IMG/VR virus record: IMGVR_UViG_3300025929_000012
Location: 32,001-96,000 of that record
Length of the DNA: 64,000 nt
Origin: a virus
Strand: one strand, 5' to 3'
Under the pieces are notes generated by a model, which searched no databases, had not been told where the DNA came from, and saw nothing but the letters and a program-made list of their open reading frames with translations. The translations under genes and the position numbers were made by a program. Below are positions 1 to 10,200 of this stretch, in pieces (positions within the stretch are counted from its first letter, which is position 1; every line of letters begins with the position of its first letter).

Positions 1-89
1 ACGGGGGTGCCGTCGTCGGCCTCCAGGGTGAGCATGGAGATGAGCACGTTGTGAACGGGGTCAGTGCTGACGATGCGCGCCAGGCCCAT
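1..89 (-). CDS. Partial hypothetical tail-region protein (MGLARIVSTDPVHNVLISMLTLEADDGTP...)
   Basis: ATG at 89 overlaps the TGA of the upstream gene; runs off the window. Confidence 0.7.
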   Translation of the reverse strand, partial: MGLARIVSTDPVHNVLISMLTLEADDGTP

Positions 90-2494
90 CAGGTGCTCAC
101 TTCCCCCGTCGTGATCTCGGTGGCCACTGAGGAGGCGACTGCCTCGGCGGCGACTGCCCCGGCCTTGATCTCACTGGCGATCCCTGCTGCGGTGACCGGG
201 GTGACGATGATCCCGGCGCGGACCCGGGGCACGATCCGCCCGGCGATCATGACCAGGAACGTGACGGTGAACGACCCGGTTGCGATGGTGACGGTGAACG
301 CGGTGCCGGTGAGGAAGATCCCGGACAGGACCGCCCCGGCAGCCACCGTGACGGTGACCGAGGTCCCGGCGATCGCCAGCCGTGCCGTGAACGCGGCCGT
401 AGCAGCCGTGCCGGACGACGCGCTGCCCGTGAGGACCGCTGTCCAGGTGAAGCCCCCGGCCGTCCCGGACGCGACAGTAGCCGCCCCGGACACGGTCATC
501 GTGAGGGTGAGGGAGCCTGACGTGGTTCCCGTGGTGACGGCGGCCCCGGTGAGGCGCCCCGGCGCGGTGAGGTCGCCGGCCGCCGAGGACGCCGTGGACG
601 CTGAGCCGGCGAGCAGCGCGGACCAGGCGAGGTTCCCCGCGGTAGCCGAGGCCGAGGCGGCGGTGCCCGTGACCGCCGCTGCCTGCGCCAGTGCCCCGGC
701 GGCAGCGCTCGGGGTAGCGGCGGTTCCCGCGATAGCCCAGTTGACGGTGCCGGACGTGACGGTGAGGTCACCTGCGCCGGCGGACGCTGATACTGCGGTG
801 CCCGTGAGGACCGCTGTCCATGCTAGTGCCCCGGACGTGGCGCTCGAGGTGGCCGCGGTGCCGGTGACCGGAGCCAGCCACGCGAGCGTGCCCGTAGCCG
901 AGGACGCGGCTGCCGAGGTGCCGGAGACCACGGCGGACCAGGTCAGGCTGCCCGCGGTGGTTCCCGCGGTCGCAGAGGCCCCGCCGAGGGCCATCGCCTG
1001 CGTGAGCGCCCCGGAGGCGGCTGTGAGGGACGCCGCGGTGCCCGTGAGCGCCATCGCCTGGGCGAGGCTGCCTGCGGACGATGACGGTGATGCTGAGGAC
1101 CCGGCCAGGGCAGCGGACCACGCCAGTGACCCTGTGGTCGCGGAAGCGGATGATGCGGTGCCGGATACCAGGGCGAGCCACGCCAGCGTCCCGGAGGCGG
1201 ACGACAGCGCGGCGGAGGTCCCGGAGGCCGTCATCGCCTGGGTGAAGCCGCCGGCTGCCGCTGATGCCTTCGCCGCGGTACCTGAGAGGGCTGCCTGCCA
1301 TGCCAGCGCGCCCGCGCCCGCGGACGGCGCCGTCGCGGTGCCCGCAAGGACCATGGCCTGCGCGAGCGCCCCGGAGGCGGTCGCCGTGCCGGGAGCCGTC
1401 CCGGACAGGGCCATCGCCTGGGTGAGCGTGCCTGACGCGGAGCTGGCCGACGCCGCAGGCCCGGACACGGCCATCGCCTGCGTGAAGGCCCCGGACGCGG
1501 CGGAGGATGAGGCGGCAGGCCCGGACAGGGCAGCGGACCATGCGAGGCTGCCGGCGGAGGATGACAGCGAGGCCGAGGTCCCTGAGATGACCGCTGTCCA
1601 CGCGAGCGCCCCGGCGGTAGCCGCTGAGTCGGGCGCGGTCCCGGCCAGGACCGTTACCTGCGTGAAGCTACCTGCGGCGGTCGCTGAGTCCGGTGCGGTG
1701 CCCGCGAGGGCCATGGCCTGGGCGAGCGATCCTGAGGTCGTGGCGGCCTTCGACGCCGTCCCGGCCAGCGCTGCGGACCATGCCAGCGATCCCGTGGTCG
1801 TGCATGCCGCCGTCGCGGTCCCGGTGAGCGCCCAGGTGGTGGTGCCGAGCTTGAACGCGCCGAGCAGCGAGCCCCACTGGGCGGTGCCGGTGTACGCCCA
1901 TGACGTGGTCTCAGCACTGCCGGTGGACGACTTGTAATCAACGAACAGGGTGGAGAAGGAAGAGGCGTTGACGTTCTTGGCGTCGGCGGTCCACCCGGTG
2001 GAGTTGCCTATGGTGACGGCGTAGCCGGGGTCCCCGTAGATCCCCATCAGGTACTCGCCGGACACGGCGGCGGTGTAGGCGCCGCACGTCGCGGGGGACG
2101 TGACGCCGTGGCCGGGGGCGGGGACGCCGTCGCACATCGCGGTGGTGTTCCCGGCGAGGAGCCCGGAGACCTCTTGCACGAGGATCGACGCGCCGAAGTT
2201 CGTGGTGATCGTCGCGGTCAGGGTCGGCTTGGCCCCGACGTCGCCGGCGGGGGTGTCGAGGGCGTACAGGCCGGTGAAGCAGTTGGCGTTGGACGTGTAG
2301 CTCGTGATGAGCGTCCAGGTGTTCAGCGCGCCGTCCTTGACGGACGTGACCGGGTTGCCTCCGGTGCTGAAGGACACGACGACGACGACGATGACCTTGG
2401 TGCCGGCTGTGAGGTTCGCGGTGGTGAACGCTACGGCGACGTTCCCGGACCCGGCGTTGGTGGCCGAGTTGGACTGGATCCGCGTCCACGCCAT
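89..2494 (-). CDS. Minor tail/fibre protein with ~26 tandem 20-aa repeats
   Basis: 801 aa, A/S/T/G-rich; repeat ALxGTAxxxSxxxGxL(AW/TQ)xx; tail module position. Confidence 0.8.
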   Translation of the reverse strand: MAWTRIQSNSATNAGSGNVAVAFTTANLTAGTKVIVVVVVSFSTGGNPVTSVKDGALNTWTLITSYTSNANCFTGLYALDTPAGDVGAKPTLTATITTNFGASILVQEVSGLLAGNTTAMCDGVPAPGHGVTSPATCGAYTAAVSGEYLMGIYGDPGYAVTIGNSTGWTADAKNVNASSFSTLFVDYKSSTGSAETTSWAYTGTAQWGSLLGAFKLGTTTWALTGTATAACTTTGSLAWSAALAGTASKAATTSGSLAQAMALAGTAPDSATAAGSFTQVTVLAGTAPDSAATAGALAWTAVISGTSASLSSSAGSLAWSAALSGPAASSSAASGAFTQAMAVSGPAASASSASGTLTQAMALSGTAPGTATASGALAQAMVLAGTATAPSAGAGALAWQAALSGTAAKASAAAGGFTQAMTASGTSAALSSASGTLAWLALVSGTASSASATTGSLAWSAALAGSSASPSSSAGSLAQAMALTGTAASLTAASGALTQAMALGGASATAGTTAGSLTWSAVVSGTSAAASSATGTLAWLAPVTGTAATSSATSGALAWTAVLTGTAVSASAGAGDLTVTSGTVNWAIAGTAATPSAAAGALAQAAAVTGTAASASATAGNLAWSALLAGSASTASSAAGDLTAPGRLTGAAVTTGTTSGSLTLTMTVSGAATVASGTAGGFTWTAVLTGSASSGTAATAAFTARLAIAGTSVTVTVAAGAVLSGIFLTGTAFTVTIATGSFTVTFLVMIAGRIVPRVRAGIIVTPVTAAGIASEIKAGAVAAEAVASSVATEITTGEVST
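258..1831 (-). repeat. Degenerate 60-bp (20-aa) coding tandem repeat
   Basis: About 26 units counted in the translation. Confidence 0.85.
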
Positions 2495-2512
2495 AACGGC
2501 CTCTTCAGGGGA

Positions 2513-2818
2513 TCAGCGGTGCCCGGGGCGCGGGAGGCCCGTCACGGGGACGGCGATGACGGCGACGGGGCAGCGGTGCGCCCAGCGACCGAGATCAGCG
2601 CAGTCCCGGCAGGTGGCCATGCCCGCTGTTGCGGCGATGTCCTCGTGGGTGGCGCACAGGTGCAGGTCACGGGCGTGGCGGCAGGCGCAGATGCGGCGGA
2701 ACGGGGCTGCAGGGGTGGCTCCGCAGTCCTGCCCGGTGTGGTCAATAAACGCGGCGCACGGCCAGGCGCGGGGGACGCGCAGGTCAGGCGCGACCGGCTC
2801 AATCAGATGGACGGCCAC
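2513..2818 (-). CDS. Small Cys/His-rich hypothetical protein
   Basis: GTG at 2818 after a GGGAG RBS; CxCxH and CxxC motifs. Confidence 0.65.
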   Translation of the reverse strand: MAVHLIEPVAPDLRVPRAWPCAAFIDHTGQDCGATPAAPFRRICACRHARDLHLCATHEDIAATAGMATCRDCADLGRWAHRCPVAVIAVPVTGLPRPGHR

Positions 2819-2832
2819 GGTGGGCGACTCCC

Positions 2833-3261
2833 TTACAAGGTGCAAGTAAAGGCCGCTGCAGCCGCCGTCAAACTGTCCCCGACAAGAGGCGTCCGGGCGT
2901 TCGCCAAAAGGAAACTCGCGAGCACGAGGCTGGTCGTGCCCGACACGGCGTCGGTGAGGACCGCCCACGTGCAGGTTCCCGGCCCGGCGGTGGTGATCGG
3001 ACCGTAGGTGATCGTGCCCGCGTTGGAGATGACGGACGGGGACGCGGCGGTGGCGGCACCGGGGCCGAAGACCTGCCTCGCGTACCCGTCAGCGGTGCTG
3101 AACTCGGTCAGCGCCGCCATGGTCAGGTCGGTCGCGTTCGGCGCGGCAGTAATCAGCGCCAGCCAGATAGACCCGGCAGCGGCGCTCTGCGTCTTCCTGA
3201 AGATCGCTTCGAGCGCGATCTGCTCGCCGTGCTCGTTGAGCTGCCCGGATGCGAGCGCCAT
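2833..3261 (-). CDS. Tail fibre-associated structural protein
   Basis: WLALITAAP...GYARQ...ISNAGTITYG pattern typical of small fibre proteins beside repeat fibres. Confidence 0.75.
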   Translation of the reverse strand: MALASGQLNEHGEQIALEAIFRKTQSAAAGSIWLALITAAPNATDLTMAALTEFSTADGYARQVFGPGAATAASPSVISNAGTITYGPITTAGPGTCTWAVLTDAVSGTTSLVLASFLLANARTPLVGDSLTAAAAAFTCTL

Positions 3262-3528
3262 TCAGATCGCCTCCCCGTCCGTGACCTCGGTGAAGTGGGT
3301 GGAGAGGAACTCCGGGCTGACCGCCGTGTTGCGCGGCACCCCGGTCTTGTCCTTCCACGCGACGATGACCGCGCCGGTCTCCTCGTCGGTGCCCGCGTGC
3401 TCCACTTCGGTGCCGTGGGGCATGTCGAGGTCGCGCATCTCAGCCGGCAGTTCCCGGCCGTGCTCAGTGGCGTGGTGCTCACCGAAGCCGAGCGACTCCG
3501 GGTGGTCGTAGACGTACTTCGCTGGCAT
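3262..3528 (-). CDS. Hypothetical acidic protein (MPAKYVYDHP...)
   Basis: GAGAGG RBS before ATG 3528; stop abuts next start. Confidence 0.7.
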   Translation of the reverse strand: MPAKYVYDHPESLGFGEHHATEHGRELPAEMRDLDMPHGTEVEHAGTDEETGAVIVAWKDKTGVPRNTAVSPEFLSTHFTEVTDGEAI

Positions 3529-3571
3529 CAGTGCCTCTCTCAGGGCCGGGATACGGGGAAAGGGCGGGAAC

Positions 3572-3600
3572 TTGCCTCCCACGTCTTTACCAGGTAAAGT
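3572..3600 (+). promoter_or_regulatory. Leaderless promoter with operator 1 (CTTTACCAGGTAAAG, 3585-3599)
   Basis: TTGCCT-17bp-TAAAGT, ATG 7 nt downstream; motif occurs 4 times. Confidence 0.85.
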
Positions 3601-3607
3601 AAATGGC

Positions 3608-3838
3608 ATGACTAGCGTCCACGTACTGCAGGCCGTTACGCCTGCGGAGCTCCTGGCGGCTGAGGATGTCCCGGCAGGCGCTGCCCTCGTGCTTGACTGC
3701 TCATGCGGCGCGGAGATCCCGTGTGGTGGAGACGACGCCGATGCGGTCGAAGCGGCGTTCCAGGGGCACGTTCCCGGCAGCACTCTGGTGCGGGCCGGGA
3801 TGAACCTGCACGGCTCATGGCTGGAAGCGCCACAGTGA
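3608..3838 (+). CDS. Hypothetical protein (CxC...H)
   Basis: Leaderless start after operator-promoter. Confidence 0.7.
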   Translation: MTSVHVLQAVTPAELLAAEDVPAGAALVLDCSCGAEIPCGGDDADAVEAAFQGHVPGSTLVRAGMNLHGSWLEAPQ

Positions 3839-4095
3839 GCGCCGGCGAGGTGACCACTGCGGGCCTCGAAGGGGCTAACGGCAATGAGCTGACCGTTGAC
3901 GAGGTCAAGGCCATCCGCAGTCTCCACCGGCTAGCCAAGCGCTGGCCGCAGACGCTCAAGCTCGTCAGCATGGGCGGCTCGCTCTACGTGATCCACACGG
4001 CCGATGAGCGGTTCAACGACCCGTTCGCCCTCGTGCGAGGCGAAGCGATCCTTGACACCATCTTCGGCATTCCGAACGACGGGGGCGACTGGTGA
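3835..4095 (+). CDS. Hypothetical protein ending IPNDGGDW
   Basis: GTGA coupling to upstream gene. Confidence 0.75.
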   Translation: MSAGEVTTAGLEGANGNELTVDEVKAIRSLHRLAKRWPQTLKLVSMGGSLYVIHTADERFNDPFALVRGEAILDTIFGIPNDGGDW

Positions 4096-4136
4096 ACGTG
4101 CCGGGGCGCACGCCGTCCCGCCCTGCCCGGGCCATC

Positions 4137-4709
4137 TCAGGTTGCGGTGCCTGCCCCGGCGATTGACCCGAACACGCTGTTGCAAGCGAACTGGATGTCG
4201 CTGTCGGGGGGCTGCAGCTGGACGGTTCCGGTCGCCCCGCCTGCGATGGTCCCGGGAACGGGAATCGTGAACGTGTCCGCCCCGGTGACGGTGACCTGCC
4301 ACACGCCGTTGACGGCGTCGTTGACCTGGTGCCCGGCGATGGTGACCCACTGCCCGTCTGACAGGCCGTGCGCTGCGGTGGCCGTGATGGCGGCGGGGAA
4401 CGCGCCCGTGGTGGACGCGACCGGGATGAACGGCCCGACGTCGGCGGCGACGGACACGTTCGACGCGACCGCCCACGCGAACTGCGCAACCCACGGCACC
4501 CCGATAGCAGCGCCGGCGCCGGATGGCAGCCGGGACCCTTGCAGGATCGCGGCGGCGAGGTTGTGCCGCAACTGGTACGTGGTGAGGTCCATCGACCCGA
4601 CCGCCTCAGCGGCCACGTCGACCGCCGCGGTGACCATCGCGGCCTGAACCCTGGCCTGGAACAGCGGGTCGGTGGCGAGGAGCGCGGTGGCCTGGAGGCT
4701 GGCGGGCAT
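4137..4709 (-). CDS. Tail-associated protein with FCCH-like beta domain
   Basis: ITATAAHGLSDGQWVTIAG...NGVWQVTVTGADTFTI motif; AAGGA RBS. Confidence 0.75.
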   Translation of the reverse strand: MPASLQATALLATDPLFQARVQAAMVTAAVDVAAEAVGSMDLTTYQLRHNLAAAILQGSRLPSGAGAAIGVPWVAQFAWAVASNVSVAADVGPFIPVASTTGAFPAAITATAAHGLSDGQWVTIAGHQVNDAVNGVWQVTVTGADTFTIPVPGTIAGGATGTVQLQPPDSDIQFACNSVFGSIAGAGTAT

Positions 4710-4726
4710 CGGGGGTCCTTTCCGGG

Positions 4727-5197
4727 CTAGCCGAAGGCGGCGAGGAGGGCGTTGACCCGGTTGATGGTCGCCTGCGTGTCAGCGACGTGCGCGTTGTAGG
4801 TGGCCTGGAAGCTGTTGAGCCAGTTGGTGCCGTTCACGGTGAAGGTGCCGCCACCCGGGATGGTGGTGGTGAACTGGTCGCCCATGATGCTGCCCTGGCC
4901 GCCGTCCCCCGTGGTGCCGATCGCGGTCAGCGGCCCGCCGACCGCCCCGCCGCTGGCGACGAGGGCGACCGCGGGCGCGCAGGCGGCCACGTGGGCGTTG
5001 AGGCGGGTTTCGACGCTGTACGCCTTCGCGGCCGTCCTCGCCTGGACGGCGAGGTTCCCGATGGCGGCGACCGCGAGGATGCCGAGCGGCCCGCGGAGCA
5101 GTGCCTTCCCGGGCAGCCCCGTGACCCCCCAGGTGACCGCTGCCGCCATCCCCGCGGTGGCGGCACGGCGGGCCGCCCGCCTCTGCCCAGGCGTCAT
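4727..5197 (-). CDS. Hypothetical membrane/tail protein
   Basis: Two N-terminal hydrophobic stretches; GGGGAG RBS. Confidence 0.7.
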   Translation of the reverse strand: MTPGQRRAARRAATAGMAAAVTWGVTGLPGKALLRGPLGILAVAAIGNLAVQARTAAKAYSVETRLNAHVAACAPAVALVASGGAVGGPLTAIGTTGDGGQGSIMGDQFTTTIPGGGTFTVNGTNWLNSFQATYNAHVADTQATINRVNALLAAFG

Positions 5198-5219
5198 CAG
5201 GCTCCCCCCTTCTCCCTGC

Positions 5220-5876
5220 TCAGGCGGCGCGGAGGCGGTAGCCGATCCCGCGGACGGTCTCGATGCGGACGCTGGTGCCGGACAGCTTGACGCGGGCCCG
5301 CATCACGTGGACGGCGATGGCGTTCGACGCGGGCTCGTACTCCCACACGTGCCGGGCGACCTCAGCGCGGCTGACGACGGCGGGCGACCGGCGGATCAGC
5401 ACCTCGAGGATCCCCGCCTCGGTGAGGGTCAGGGGCAGTTCCCGGCCGGCGGCGCGGGCTTCCCGGACGGCAGGATCCCAGGTGACGTCCCCGGCGGCAA
5501 GGACCGGCGGGGCGGCGTCGCGGGGGCGGCGGTGCACCGCCCGGAGGCGGGCGGCGAGCTCGCCGGGGTCGGGTGGTGAGGGGAGGAAGTCGTCGGCGCC
5601 GGCGTCGAGGCCCGCTGCCCGTTCGGCGGCGGGGACGTCGCCGAGGAGGAGCACGGGGAGGCGGGCGTCACGGATCCGGATCCGGCGGGTCACGGTGATG
5701 CCGGGCAGGACAGGGAGCCGCCAGGCGATGACGGCGGCGCTGTAGCCGCAGCACCGAATGCAGGCCAGCGCTGCCTCGCCGTCGGCGGCGAGGTCGGTGA
5801 CGTACCCGTGGCCGCGGAGCGCGCGGGCGAGCTGCGCCCCCGCAAGCCTGTCACCCTCCGCTATCAGCAGTCGCAC
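5220..5876 (-). CDS. OmpR/PhoB-family response regulator with atypical receiver domain
   Basis: GLDAGADDF, ELAARLRA, winged helix SNAIAVHVMRARVKL...IETVRGIGY; GTG 7 nt after TACATT. Confidence 0.85.
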   Translation of the reverse strand: MRLLIAEGDRLAGAQLARALRGHGYVTDLAADGEAALACIRCCGYSAAVIAWRLPVLPGITVTRRIRIRDARLPVLLLGDVPAAERAAGLDAGADDFLPSPPDPGELAARLRAVHRRPRDAAPPVLAAGDVTWDPAVREARAAGRELPLTLTEAGILEVLIRRSPAVVSRAEVARHVWEYEPASNAIAVHVMRARVKLSGTSVRIETVRGIGYRLRAA

Positions 5877-6062
5877 GCACCGTAATGTATCGCGGCTTGG
5901 GCGTGGCGGCGGGGGCTTCACGGCGCGCTGGCTGCCGCGGCCTGGCTAGCGGCACGGGGAACCGCCCGCCGGCCGCGCGGCAGCCAGCACGATGACGCCG
6001 GCGGCGTTCGCGCCGCCGCCGGCTGGCCCCATGATAGGACGCGGCGTGACGGTTCCGCCGCG

Positions 6063-7214
6063 TTAAGCCACGGTGACCGGGGTGAGTACCATGGACCGCT
6101 CGCTCAGAAGCCCCGTGAGCGATTGATCCAGTGACTGGAACGCGCTGACCTGCGCGGTCTGCGTCTGGTCATCGTAGGAGTAACCGCCCACGATGAACGA
6201 CACCGGTCCCGGGACTACCTCCCCGCCGTAGGACCCATCCGTGAGGATCAGCCGGCAGACCGTGCCCGCTTGCTCGCATCCCAGGTCGACGGGTTGCCCG
6301 CCAAGGTTGAGGAGCTGCCCGGGGCCGACCGTGAAGGGCCCGGCGAATGAGGCGCGCGTGTAAGCGGCCAATACGCTTGAGCCAACTCCCTGCGCCGCTG
6401 CGAGGGTCATCGTCCCGGCGCTGCTCAGGTCCACGTAGGTTTCCATCGTCCCGTGGGCGGCGACGGAGGCGGCGTTGGACACGTAGGTGAGCGAGAACGT
6501 CGCCGCGGCCCCGGTGGCGGCGTTGTCGGCCGCTGACTGGTACCGGATGTAGATGGCGTTGATGTCGCCGCCGAGCGTCCGCGGGACCGGCGTGTTGCAC
6601 ACCAGCAGCCGGTTGACGGTGGTGGGCAGCGGGAAGACGGACAGGTCGTTGCCGGGCACGCCGCCGGGCTGGCTGGAGACGTACCAGGTGAGGCCGCCCC
6701 TGGAGCACACGAGGTTGAGGAGGTCGGTGACGGTCCCGGCTGCCGGGTCGGGGGCCTGCCCGAGCCACATCCCGGCGGGGGTGCCGATGCCCGGGTTGAC
6801 CCATTGCAGGCCGCGGGACAGGGTCCGGTTCACTGCCTCGTCGGGGTTCCCCGTCGGCCAGGTGAGGGCGTAGTACGCCTGGAAGTCACTGCCCTGGTTG
6901 CCAACGCCGACTGCCGCGAGGTTCCAGCCGGAGGCGGTGGGGACCGGCTCGTCCAGCTTCCCCGCCCACACCTGGTGCCCGCCCCGGATCACGGACACGG
7001 TGCGGCCCGGGTTGATCGCCGGCACCCGCTCGGTGGCGGGGACCTGCAGCGTGCAGGTGAGCTGATCAGGGCCGCCCGGCATTACGGTCGACCAGTTCAA
7101 TCCCGTCACATGCCCGATGGAGCCGAGCCAGCGGGGATCGCCGCCGCCGGGGAGGCTGGTGACCACCTGGGAGCTATCGGGGACTGTGTAAGCCATCGGC
7201 TCCGCCACCGTCAC
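6063..7214 (-). CDS. Minor tail protein (baseplate hub-like)
   Basis: 383 aa after distal tail gene; VIRGGHQVWAGKL motif. Confidence 0.75.
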   Translation of the reverse strand: MTVAEPMAYTVPDSSQVVTSLPGGGDPRWLGSIGHVTGLNWSTVMPGGPDQLTCTLQVPATERVPAINPGRTVSVIRGGHQVWAGKLDEPVPTASGWNLAAVGVGNQGSDFQAYYALTWPTGNPDEAVNRTLSRGLQWVNPGIGTPAGMWLGQAPDPAAGTVTDLLNLVCSRGGLTWYVSSQPGGVPGNDLSVFPLPTTVNRLLVCNTPVPRTLGGDINAIYIRYQSAADNAATGAAATFSLTYVSNAASVAAHGTMETYVDLSSAGTMTLAAAQGVGSSVLAAYTRASFAGPFTVGPGQLLNLGGQPVDLGCEQAGTVCRLILTDGSYGGEVVPGPVSFIVGGYSYDDQTQTAQVSAFQSLDQSLTGLLSERSMVLTPVTVA

Positions 7215-10200
7215 CCAGTGCGGTCATACCACCACCTGCTGTAGTAGCTGAGGCCGATCGCGGGGGCCGAGGCGTCCGCCGAGTAGGTCAAGAGCATGCA
7301 GTCATTGGGAGGGATCGTCAGCGGTCCCCCGGAGATCGCCTGGCAGGCGTCCATCACCGATATGGCCTGCGGCCGGCCTGACTGGCTGCCCATGTGGAGG
7401 CCGAGGTCAAAGAGCGGGGTCGGCTCGTCCAGGTAGTACTGCACGTAGCCGGACCCGCTGGCCTCGTTGATGATCACGCTTTGGCCGGCCACGTCCAGCA
7501 TGAGCACGTCGTAGAACCGGTCTGACGTGTTCGTGTCGGTCACTGACACCGTGTAGTACCCGGCGGTGTTGTCCCCCGCTACCGCCTTCACGGGGAGGGT
7601 GAGGACCCCGGCGATGAGTATCCCGTTGTTGACCTGGTTCCCCGGCCCGATGATGCTGGCGACCCCGGGGGACACAGTGACCGGCACCGTCGACACCGAG
7701 TAGGAGGATCCGCCGGGTGCCTCGTACTGCTTCACGGTGACCGTGACATTCCTCGATGCCGTCGGGTTGTTCCACGATGACGCGATGAGGACGACGGTGT
7801 AGGTGCCGTCGAAGTCGGCGTTGACTGCCCCGGCTGAGGCGGGGACTGAGACGGCGCAGACGGCCCCGGTGGTGGCCGTGCCGATGTTAGAGACGGACAG
7901 CGCCGCGCCCGGCGAGGTGATGATCACGGGCGCCTGCGGGTAGGCGCCCGCCGCCCCCAGGTTGACTGACGTGGCGACGACGGTGGTGCCGATCTTCAGC
8001 TGGAAGTTGTTGACGTCGGCGGCCGAGAGGGTGCCGGACAGGGTGACGGTCCAGTTGACGGTGTAAGTACCGGGGGGCACCCAGGGGCCGGCGACGATGA
8101 CGTGCCCCGCCGCGGGTGAGGTGGATGACCCGGATGCGGCCTGCCACCCGGAGGCCATCGGCACCGCGTACTCGGTAGCCCCGTTGGGGACGTCAGACCC
8201 GCCGCCGACGGGGACGAGCGGCATCAGCGACGGGGTCGCGGCCGGGCCGGGCCGGTGCACGATGAGCGTCTTGAACGGCGGTGACGCGTACGGGGTGACG
8301 GTGAGCTGACCCGCTGCCCCGGCACCGCCGGCGACGGAGGTGCCGCTTGAGTCGGCGCCTCCGCCCGCGCCACCGGGCGCTGATCCGGCCGAGCCTGCCG
8401 TGCCCGCGGTGCCGCCGCCCGCTCCGCCTGCCCCGCCGCCTACTACGGCGACGGCCCCGTTGGACGTAGGCGCGCCGCCGGGGTAGGACAGGATGATGGT
8501 TCCCGCAGCGCCGTTGCCGCCTGCGTAGCCGCCGACGTAGGAGCCGCCTCCGCCGCCTCCGGGGACCTGCCCGTTGCTGCCCGTCCCCGACTGTGGCCCG
8601 GAGCCGTTGCCGCCGTTCCCGCCGCCGCCCGGCGCGATGCCGCCGACGCTGTAGCCACTGCCCGCGTTGCCGCCCGCCGCGGTGCCAGCGCTTGAGCCGC
8701 CGCCGCCCGCGTAGGGGGTGGCGTTGCCACCTGCGCCGCCGCGATGCGGGCCGACCGGGGCACCGGTCCCGCCCGCGCCTCCCGCCCCTGACCCGGTGTA
8801 GCAGGGGCCGCCGCCGCCGCCGTGCGCGGTCACCACCGCGGACGCGGTGAACGTGCTGTTGCCGCCCGCGGAGCCTGCGTGGCCGCCGCCGCCGGACCCC
8901 AGTCCCCCGGCCCCGCCTGCCGCGACCGAGTAGGCGTAGCCGGTGCCGGGGACGACGGTGACGGTCGTGGTGACGGACTCGCCGCCTCCGCCGCCGGACC
9001 CGTTGACGCTCGATGACCCTGACCCGCCGCCGCCGCCGCCGCCGACCGCGTACACGGTGACCTGGGTGACCCCCGCCGGGGCGGTCCACGTCCCGGCCCC
9101 GGTGAGGGTGACCGCTGAGGTGCCCATCGGGGTGTTCCCCGCGGACGCAGGCCCGGCTGAGCTGCCCCCGCCGCCTCCCACGGACCCGGACGCGGTGCGC
9201 CCCGCCCCGCCCGGGTAGGTGACGGCGTTCCCCGAGACGAGGCCGCCCGCGGCGCCTGCGGTGGAGTTCTGCGCGGCTGACGCGCCGCCGTTCGCGGTGA
9301 CGGCGAGGGTCCCGGACGGGCCGGGGCCGAACACGGTCGCCTGCCCGGGCAACGGGGTCGCGCCCGCGGTTCCCCCGGCGCCGACGCTGTACGGGATCAC
9401 CTGCCCTGGCACGGCGGGGAAGACGTTCTCCCGCGCGTACCCGGCCCCGCCGCCGCCTCCGCCGAACCCGGCCACGGTCTGGGATGCCCCGGCTCCGCCG
9501 CCGCCCCAGCACTCGACTTTCAGCCACGCCGTGCCGCCGGGCACCGTGTACGTCCCTGCCCCGGCGGCGGTGACCGTCGTCGGGGTGCCGGGCGCGGGAG
9601 GCTGCTGGAACTGCGCCGAGACAGGCGCCGGGGCTGAGCCTTGCGTGCCGTACAGGGTGTGGATGGCACCCCGGACCACTGGGACGGCGGAGGCGCTTGG
9701 AGGGTAGGCGGTGAGGTTGTCGAGGTAGCCGGTGACCCACCTCAGGCTCGCCGGGGAGAAGTCCTTGGAGGTGACGGTGATCTGGTAGGAGGCGACGTTG
9801 GCGTAGTTGAAGAACGCGCGGGCGGGGATGGTGGCGGTGACCCGGGTGAACATCGGCACGCCGGCGTCCTGGCTGGCGGGCAGCCGGACCCCTGTGCGGG
9901 CGAACGCCGCCGTGACCCCGTTCACGTCAGTCAGGGTGATGTAGAAGGAGCAGGTGACGTGCCCGGCCTTGGCCCGCAGGTTCCAGAACCACCGCGAGCC
10001 GAGGCCGAACCACCATTGCAGCGACGTCATCCCGGTCAGGTTCAGCGGCGCCGGGAACGTCGCCCCGTAATTCATCGGGCTGTTCTGGCCCCCCGGGTCC
10101 CCGAAGCCGTCCGGGTCCCAGCACGCCGACCACGGGCCGATGACGCATCGCGGCGACTGGAAGAACAAGTTGCTGCTGATGGTGGTGAAGTTGTCGAGGA

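Noticed and set aside
51-1937. 628-aa plus-strand ORF and many similar long antisense ORFs (e.g. 12162-13376, 13123-14487, 55120-56634)
   Set aside because: Shadow frames of real minus-strand genes in GC-rich DNA; no motifs or RBS
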